A DNA stretch of 64,000 nucleotides, taken from the NCBI GenBank assembly GCA_902519695.1, contig CABYKN010000001.1, positions 87,129-151,128 on the forward strand. The letters run 5' to 3'. Below, piece by piece: positions 58,060 to 64,000 of the stretch (positions within the stretch are counted from its first letter, which is position 1; each line of letters starts with the position of its first letter). The stretch comes from an uncultured Pelagibacteraceae bacterium. GTDB taxonomy: Bacteria; Pseudomonadota; Alphaproteobacteria; Pelagibacterales; Pelagibacteraceae. Position numbers and translations under genes: made by a program. A model generated the notes under the pieces. The model had not been told where the DNA came from. It made no database searches and was given only the letters and a program-made list of their open reading frames with translations.

Positions 58060-58778
58060 TGTCATTAAGAAATATAACTTTTATTTTACACAAACCTCAA
58101 CTATCAGAAAATATAGGAGCTTGTGCTAGAGCTTTAAAAAATTTTAATTTTAATAATCTATCAATTGTTAATCCAAAACCCTCATTTCCAAATGATAAAA
58201 TTATTGCAACATCTGTAGGGGCAAAAGATGTTATTAAAAAAGCAAAAGTATATGAAAATTTAGAAACATCATTAAGTAATTTGGATATATTAGTTGCAAC
58301 ATCTGCAAGATTTAGAAATAAAAATATTAAACATATATCAATAACCGATCTTAATAAGATTAATTACAAAAAAAAGGTTGGTTTTCTTTTTGGATCTGAA
58401 GCATCTGGTTTGTCAAATAATGAAGTTAGTTATGCTGATTATACTTTACAAATTCCAAGTAATAAGAATTTTAGATCTTTAAATTTGTCTCATAGTCTAA
58501 TTATAGTAGCTCAAATAGTAAGTGGACTAATTTCAAATAAAAATTTTACCTTTGAAAAGTCAAAAAAAATTAAAAGCGCAAATAAGACTGATATTCAAAA
58601 AATGTTAAATTTATGTATCAATAATTTAGAAAATAAGAATTTTTTTCACCCACTTGAAAAAAAACCAATCATGATGGAAAATTTAAGAAGTATTTTCTAT
58701 AAACTCAATCTTTCAGAAAAAGAAACTCGTATTTTATCGAGTGTATTTGCTGGTTTAAGTAAGGAAAAGGTTGATTGA
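58059..58778 (+). CDS. TrmJ/LasT family SPOUT RNA methyltransferase
   Basis: PQ..ENIG..ARA..NF, ATSAR, FG.E..GL.N.E, SLNL. Confidence 0.85.
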   Translation: MSLRNITFILHKPQLSENIGACARALKNFNFNNLSIVNPKPSFPNDKIIATSVGAKDVIKKAKVYENLETSLSNLDILVATSARFRNKNIKHISITDLNKINYKKKVGFLFGSEASGLSNNEVSYADYTLQIPSNKNFRSLNLSHSLIIVAQIVSGLISNKNFTFEKSKKIKSANKTDIQKMLNLCINNLENKNFFHPLEKKPIMMENLRSIFYKLNLSEKETRILSSVFAGLSKEKVD

Positions 58779-58802
58779 CAAAACATAACTTAGGCTTATA
58801 AA
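58775..58802 (+). promoter_or_regulatory. Putative sigma70 promoter of rpsD (very short leader)
   Basis: TTGACA-16 nt-TATAAA ending 11 nt before the ATG. Confidence 0.55.
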
Positions 58803-58813
58803 GCCTCCTATTA

Positions 58814-59431
58814 ATGACTAAAAGATTAAACTCTAAACATAAAGTTGATAGAAGATTAAAAGTAAATTTATGGGGTAGACCCAAAAGCCCTTTTAATACA
58901 AGAGCTTATCCTCCAGGGCAACATGGACAAACAAAAGGTGGAAAACCTTCAGATTATGGAATTCAACTTCAGGCAAAACAAAAATTAAAGTCTTATTATG
59001 GAAACATGAATGAAAGACAGTTTAGAAATGTTTATAAAAAAGCAATCATGAAAAAAGGTGATACTGCAGAAAATTTAATTGGATTATTAGAGAGAAGATT
59101 AGATGCCGTAATTTATAGATCAAAGTTATCAAACACTATTTTTTCATCAAGACAATTAATTAACCACGGTCATGTTAAAGTAAATGGAAAAAAAGTTAAT
59201 ATAGCAAGCTATCAAGTTAAAGAAGAAGACACTGTGGAAATTAGAGATAAATCTAAACAACTTGCTTTAATTGATATTGCTCTTGCTAACAAAGAAAGAG
59301 AAGTTCCAGAATATTTACAATTAGATGAAAAGAATAAAAAAGTTAAATTTGTAAGAGTTCCATCTTTCGAAGAAGTTCCTTACCCAGTTGTGATGGAGCC
59401 AAATCTAGTTATTGAGTACTATTCAAGGTAA
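58814..59431 (+). CDS. rpsD: 30S ribosomal protein S4
   Basis: PGQHG, SDYG.QL..KQK, LERRLD, RQ...HGH, VIEYYSR. Confidence 0.97.
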   Translation: MTKRLNSKHKVDRRLKVNLWGRPKSPFNTRAYPPGQHGQTKGGKPSDYGIQLQAKQKLKSYYGNMNERQFRNVYKKAIMKKGDTAENLIGLLERRLDAVIYRSKLSNTIFSSRQLINHGHVKVNGKKVNIASYQVKEEDTVEIRDKSKQLALIDIALANKEREVPEYLQLDEKNKKVKFVRVPSFEEVPYPVVMEPNLVIEYYSR

Positions 59432-59521
59432 AACTTAATTCAAAATATTAGTATCTAGCACACATAAGATATACATTTTTCAGGTTATAATTGATGTCTT
59501 TTTATACTAAAAATAACAATA

Positions 59522-62263
59522 ATGAGACAATTAAACTTTAACCGTTTATTTTTAAAACTTTTTATATTTTTAATTATAATTGGATGGAGTGAAACTTCTT
59601 ATTCAGTCACTGTTTTAGGAACTGGAACTAGTGCTTTAATAGGTGATGATCTTACTGATCCAGGCAATGATGGGGTTGATGGACAAAATATAGGATGGGA
59701 TTGGACATCAATAAGTGCAAGTAGTGAAAATTACTGGCATGCAGAAGGAGCCTACAATGTTTTTGATAATAAAGTTGGAGCATCTGATAATAAGTGGTGC
59801 TGCAACGGACCTACACAATGGATACAAGTGGGTTTCGCACAATCATATGTTCTCGATAGTTTCACAATAACATCAGGAAATGATGTTGCTGGCAGAGACC
59901 CCGACGTATGGAAAATACAAGGTTCAAATGATGGATCTAATTGGACAGATATTTATGTCTACAATAATAATGGAACCTCTCCGTGGGGCTCAACACGACT
60001 TCAAGTCCTTTTATATGAAGGTGGTGGCGTTGATTACAATACTCCATCAGCTTATTCATATTTTAGATATTATGTGAGTTCAGTTGTTTCTGGTAGTATG
60101 CACCAAATTAATGAAATTGAATTTTTTGGTTCAGCTGCAGATACTACAGCACCATCTCTAAGCTCATCTAGTCCAGCTGATAATGCAACTAATGTTGCAG
60201 TCGATGCAAATATTGTTCTTAATTTTGATGAAAATGTAGATGTTGAGAGTGGAGATATTACTATAAAAAAAACATCTGACAATAGCACAATAGAAGTTAT
60301 TGATGTTACAAGCAATCAAGTAAGTGGAAGTGGAGGAACTCAAATTACTGTTAATCCGTCATCAAATTTAGTTGGATCCACGGAGTATTACGTCTTAATT
60401 GATAGTACAGCTTTCGATGATAGTTCAAGTAACTCTTACGCAGGTATATCAAGCACAACTGCATTAAGTTTTACAACGGTTGATACAACAGCGCCAACTT
60501 TAAGCTCTTCTAGCCCAGCTGACGATGCAACCAGTGTTGCTGTAGATGCAAACATAGTTCTTACTTTTAGCGAAACAGTTGATGCTGAAAGTGGTAACAT
60601 AACAATTAAAAAAACTTCAGATGACAGTACTGTTGAAAGCATTACTGTTACAAGTAACCAAGTAACTGGAAATGGATTTTCTTTGCTTGGAGGTGGAGCC
60701 AGTGGCACAGTAATTACTGTAAATCCAGCATCTAATTTTGACAGTTCAACAGAATATTATGTCTTAATTGATAGTACAGCGTTTGATGATACTTCTAGTA
60801 ATTCTTACGCAGGTATATCAAGTACAACAGCATTAAGTTTTACATCTGTTGATACAGCTAATCCTACTTTGAGTTCTTCTACTCCAGCAGATAACGGAGC
60901 CAATGTAGCTGTTGCATCCAACATAATATTAAACTTTGATGAAAATGTTGATGTTGAAAGTGGGAATATAATAATTAAGAGAAGTTCTGATGATAGCATT
61001 TTTGAAACAATAGCTGTAACTAGTGATAGAGTAACAGGTACAGGTACTTCAAAAATTATTATTGATCCAATAAAAAATTTTAAACTTAATACTTCATATT
61101 ATTTGACAATAGCGGCTACCGCATTTGATGATACCACTGGAAATTCATATGCAGGTATATCTAGTAAAACTGTACTTAATTTTATTACTAAAAAGGGAAG
61201 AATTTTTAACAAAACAGTAAAAACACTAATTAAAAATCAAACAGCAGCAGCTATCAATTCAATGTCTCAATCAATGAATAGAGTTAATAGTAGAATGAAC
61301 TTTATAAGACCAATGCAAAATAATTCTTTTAATCAAAATATAGAATTAGCAATGAATTTAAACGATCCATTTGCAGATAGAATATTCGATGCATTAGCAA
61401 TTAAATATTTAAAACCAAAAAAAGAGACTAAAAAATGGGCCGCATGGTCTGAAGGAAATATTTCGTTTGGAAGAATAGGTCATAGAGGAGAAAATCTGGG
61501 ACAAGATATACATAGCGATGGTTTAACGTTTGGCATCGATAAGAAAATTAGTGCTGCTAGAACTTTTGGAATGGCAGTAAGTCAATCTTGGCAAAAAACT
61601 CAGGTTGGAAGTAATGAAGCTAACATGGATGCATCATCAACTTCTATAATTGGATATGGAAGCATAAAATTAAGGGAAAGGACCTTTATTGAGACTGCAA
61701 TTGCATTAGGGGAAATGGAAGTAGATTTAAAAAGATCAGTAGATGGTGGACAAAACAAAGGTACAAGAGATGGTAAACAAATTTATGGAAGTTTTACTTA
61801 TTTATTTGAACCTAGCATGGAATATATTATTGAAGGAGTTAACACAAACTACTACTCAAGGCTAGATCTTGGATATACTATGCTTGATGATTACACAGAA
61901 AGTGGTGACGATGACTCCGTTTTTTATGACGATCAAAATGTCAAAAGTGCAACTTTATCTTTAGGTTACAACTATTCAAAGTCTGTTGAAATAGAAAGTG
62001 GAATAATAACTCAACTATTTAAATTTGAATTTGGAAAAAGTACAACCGAAAATTCATTGTCTGAGGCTTATTACATTAACGATGCATCAACTATTTATGC
62101 CAATGCAATTGCCGACCAGGATACTTATCATGGCCAAGTTACACTAGGTTTTAGTATGAATTTAAAAAATGATTTAAATTTAAACGTAAGTTTAGATCAT
62201 TATAGAAATGATAAGGATACTTTTTTAAATAGTTTAACTATCAATTTTAGAAAGTTATTTTAA
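59522..62263 (+). CDS. Autotransporter-like outer-membrane protein: discoidin/F5-8C-like domain, three Ig-like (Big_5/SbsA-type) repeats, beta-barrel
   Basis: Signal peptide; SGND...RDP..WKIQGSNDG..W; three DTTAP...P.D....V...I.L.F.E.V repeats; C-terminal amphipathic strands ending in Phe. Confidence 0.8.
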   Translation: MRQLNFNRLFLKLFIFLIIIGWSETSYSVTVLGTGTSALIGDDLTDPGNDGVDGQNIGWDWTSISASSENYWHAEGAYNVFDNKVGASDNKWCCNGPTQWIQVGFAQSYVLDSFTITSGNDVAGRDPDVWKIQGSNDGSNWTDIYVYNNNGTSPWGSTRLQVLLYEGGGVDYNTPSAYSYFRYYVSSVVSGSMHQINEIEFFGSAADTTAPSLSSSSPADNATNVAVDANIVLNFDENVDVESGDITIKKTSDNSTIEVIDVTSNQVSGSGGTQITVNPSSNLVGSTEYYVLIDSTAFDDSSSNSYAGISSTTALSFTTVDTTAPTLSSSSPADDATSVAVDANIVLTFSETVDAESGNITIKKTSDDSTVESITVTSNQVTGNGFSLLGGGASGTVITVNPASNFDSSTEYYVLIDSTAFDDTSSNSYAGISSTTALSFTSVDTANPTLSSSTPADNGANVAVASNIILNFDENVDVESGNIIIKRSSDDSIFETIAVTSDRVTGTGTSKIIIDPIKNFKLNTSYYLTIAATAFDDTTGNSYAGISSKTVLNFITKKGRIFNKTVKTLIKNQTAAAINSMSQSMNRVNSRMNFIRPMQNNSFNQNIELAMNLNDPFADRIFDALAIKYLKPKKETKKWAAWSEGNISFGRIGHRGENLGQDIHSDGLTFGIDKKISAARTFGMAVSQSWQKTQVGSNEANMDASSTSIIGYGSIKLRERTFIETAIALGEMEVDLKRSVDGGQNKGTRDGKQIYGSFTYLFEPSMEYIIEGVNTNYYSRLDLGYTMLDDYTESGDDDSVFYDDQNVKSATLSLGYNYSKSVEIESGIITQLFKFEFGKSTTENSLSEAYYINDASTIYANAIADQDTYHGQVTLGFSMNLKNDLNLNVSLDHYRNDKDTFLNSLTINFRKLF
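60140..61190 (+). repeat. Three tandem intragenic Ig-like repeats
   Basis: Units start at 60140, 60482 and 60851 (periods 342 and 369 bp) and share DNA tracts such as TTACGCAGGTATATCAAG and GTCTTAATTGATAGTACAGC. Confidence 0.88.
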
Positions 62264-62602
62264 TCAGTTCTTTGTTTTAAAATTTATTCCTTTAGATTCA
62301 AAAAGTTTAGCTAACTCTCCACTCTCATACATTTCTTTTACAATATCGCATCCACCAATAAACTCATTTTTAACATACAATTGAGGAATGGTTGGCCAAT
62401 CACTAAATACTTTTATACCTTCTCTTAGCTTTTGATCTGCTAAAACATTTACACCTTTAAAATTTACTTCAAGAACCTTCAAAATATTTGAAGTTGCCAT
62501 TGAAAATCCACACTGAGGTGCATCAGGTGTGCCTTTCATAAAAAGACATACATCGTTATTTTCAATTTCACTTTTGATTAAATCATTTGTTTCTTGTTCC
62601 AT
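62264..62602 (-). CDS. grxD: Monothiol glutaredoxin
   Basis: LFMKGTP..PQCGFS, WPTIPQ, GGCD. Confidence 0.95.
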   Translation of the reverse strand: MEQETNDLIKSEIENNDVCLFMKGTPDAPQCGFSMATSNILKVLEVNFKGVNVLADQKLREGIKVFSDWPTIPQLYVKNEFIGGCDIVKEMYESGELAKLFESKGINFKTKN

Positions 62603-62833
62603 TTAAATTTCCTTTGTTTTAATTGCTAAAGCGTGAAGCTCATTTCCCATTTTACCTTTTAAAGAATTATATACCATTTTGTGTTGTTCTATTTTACTTT
62701 TACCTGAAAATTCAGATGATGTCACTGTAGCAGAATAGTGATTTCCATCACCCGCTAAATCTTGAATTTCAACTTTTGCGTCAGGTAATCCTTCCTTAAT
62801 TAAACCCTCAATTTCTTTTAAATCCATTGCCAT
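62603..62833 (-). CDS. BolA/IbaG family protein
   Basis: DLAGDGNHY, F.GKS...QH..VY, LHAL. Confidence 0.92.
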   Translation of the reverse strand: MAMDLKEIEGLIKEGLPDAKVEIQDLAGDGNHYSATVTSSEFSGKSKIEQHKMVYNSLKGKMGNELHALAIKTKEI

Positions 62834-63999
62834 TAGCTATCCATATATTTCTTTAACCAATACTTATGTGCATATGCCAATTCTTCAATAGGCAAATTGA
62901 TGTCATCTTTATATTCGATGGATTGTCCATTAACTGTCCCTAATTCATCGAAATGTACAGAGTATTTGTTTAAAATATCATTTACTTTCTTCAAACTATC
63001 TTTAGGTATTTCGATAATATAACGAGCCTGATCTTCACCAAAAAAATATTCATATTTATTTGTTAAACCCTTAAGTGTATTAATTTTTATTCCTTTTTTT
63101 CCTTTAATACACATTTTTGATACTGCGGTTAAAATTCCACCTAATGATACATCGTGGCAACTCATAACAAGATTTTTTCTAGATAAATCTAATACAGTCT
63201 CACCAATGTTTTTTTCATTAAATAAATTAACGGTTGGTGGAGGACCTTTTTTTTCATTTAAAAGCTCTCTAGCAAAAATACTTTGATCTAAATGCCCATC
63301 GGTTTTACCAATTACATAAACTAAGTTTCCTTCAGTTTTAAAATCCATAGTAAGCATTTGCTGATAGTCAGAGATTAGCCCAACACCTCCAATTGTAGGC
63401 GTAGGTTTGATACCTTTATCTTTTGTTTCGTTATAAAATGAAACATTTCCAGATACGACTGGAAAATCTAGATACTTACTTGCTTCTGTAATTCCGTCAA
63501 CGCATTCTACAAATTCACCCATATTTTTTTCTTTTTCTGGGTTTCCGAAGTTTAAACAATTTGTAATAGCAATAGGTTTAGCTCCTACCGAAATAAGATT
63601 TCTATAGCTCTCACAAACTATTTGTTTTCCTCCAGTTAACGGATGCGAGAAACAATATAATGCGGACGAGTCTACTGATGCGGCTACCGCTTTATTAGTC
63701 CCATGAACTCTCACAACACCAGCATCACCTCCAGGTTTTTGAATTGTGTCACCCATTACAGTATGATCATATTGATCCCATATCCATTTTTTATCTGAAA
63801 TGTTTGAATTACTTAAAATCTTCTTCAAGCAATCTGATAATTTTAGAGATTTGAATTCATCTTTATCAAATTTTAATTTTTGAGGTAATTTAGTTTTTTT
63901 CCAAGGACGATCATATATTGGAGCATTTTCTGCAAGAAGATCTATTGGTATCTCAGCAACTTTTTTATTATCAAATATTAATTCTATTTTTTTTGTGTC
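62833..63999 (-). CDS. purL: Phosphoribosylformylglycinamidine synthase PurL (3' part; runs off the window)
   Basis: QYD..V, TNCLNFGNPE, VSGNVSFYNE, PTP.IG.VG, HD.S.GG, FGE; frame stays open to the window end. Confidence 0.95.
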   Translation of the reverse strand, partial: DTKKIELIFDNKKVAEIPIDLLAENAPIYDRPWKKTKLPQKLKFDKDEFKSLKLSDCLKKILSNSNISDKKWIWDQYDHTVMGDTIQKPGGDAGVVRVHGTNKAVAASVDSSALYCFSHPLTGGKQIVCESYRNLISVGAKPIAITNCLNFGNPEKEKNMGEFVECVDGITEASKYLDFPVVSGNVSFYNETKDKGIKPTPTIGGVGLISDYQQMLTMDFKTEGNLVYVIGKTDGHLDQSIFARELLNEKKGPPPTVNLFNEKNIGETVLDLSRKNLVMSCHDVSLGGILTAVSKMCIKGKKGIKINTLKGLTNKYEYFFGEDQARYIIEIPKDSLKKVNDILNKYSVHFDELGTVNGQSIEYKDDINLPIEELAYAHKYWLKKYMDS

Positions 64000-64000
64000 T

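Noticed and set aside
1056-60999. Short overlapping ORFs in the track (e.g. 1056-1286, 3520-3747, 10684-11076, 21108-21440, 31501-31815, 54757-55050, 60070-60999)
   Set aside because: They are antisense or alternative-frame shadows of well-supported genes and have no recognisable motifs
60140-61190. CRISPR array or mobile repeat
   Set aside because: The repeats are 342-369 bp, in frame and degenerate, and encode Ig-like domains; no repeat-spacer pattern or cas genes in the window

Overview
AT-rich, very compact chromosomal segment of a streamlined alphaproteobacterium. Gene content, synteny and tiny intergenic spacers suggest the SAR11/Pelagibacterales clade (inference). It holds about 60 CDS and one tRNA-Met(CAT). 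Housekeeping genes: guaC, apt, rpoZ, dusA, nrdAB, glmS, class II DAHP synthase, nadE, cysS, cimA, rpsD, grxD, bolA and a partial purL. Metabolic modules: mtnP-mtnA-class II aldolase with a speD-speE fusion and a polar amino acid ABC transporter; two tripartite tricarboxylate transporters; a TRAP transporter with malonyl-CoA decarboxylase and a divergent YfdE/UctC-like CoA-transferase; prpDBC; alternative oxidase; a haloacetate dehalogenase-TauD-AEC operon; a circularly permuted ATP-grasp/Anbu pair; and an Ig-repeat autotransporter. Most notable: (1) a 1.6-kb integrase-less islet in tRNA-Met, bounded by a 47-bp direct repeat and carrying arsR-arsP with an operator palindrome; (2) a malonate module with a CoA-transferase where malonyl-CoA synthetase would normally be; (3) a two-gene ATP-grasp/Anbu system; (4) a GlmU with only its acetyltransferase half; (5) LexA and NrdR boxes upstream of nrdAB; (6) a GC-rich two-stem element between convergent genes. 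All protein assignments come from motif recognition by eye; no database searches were run.
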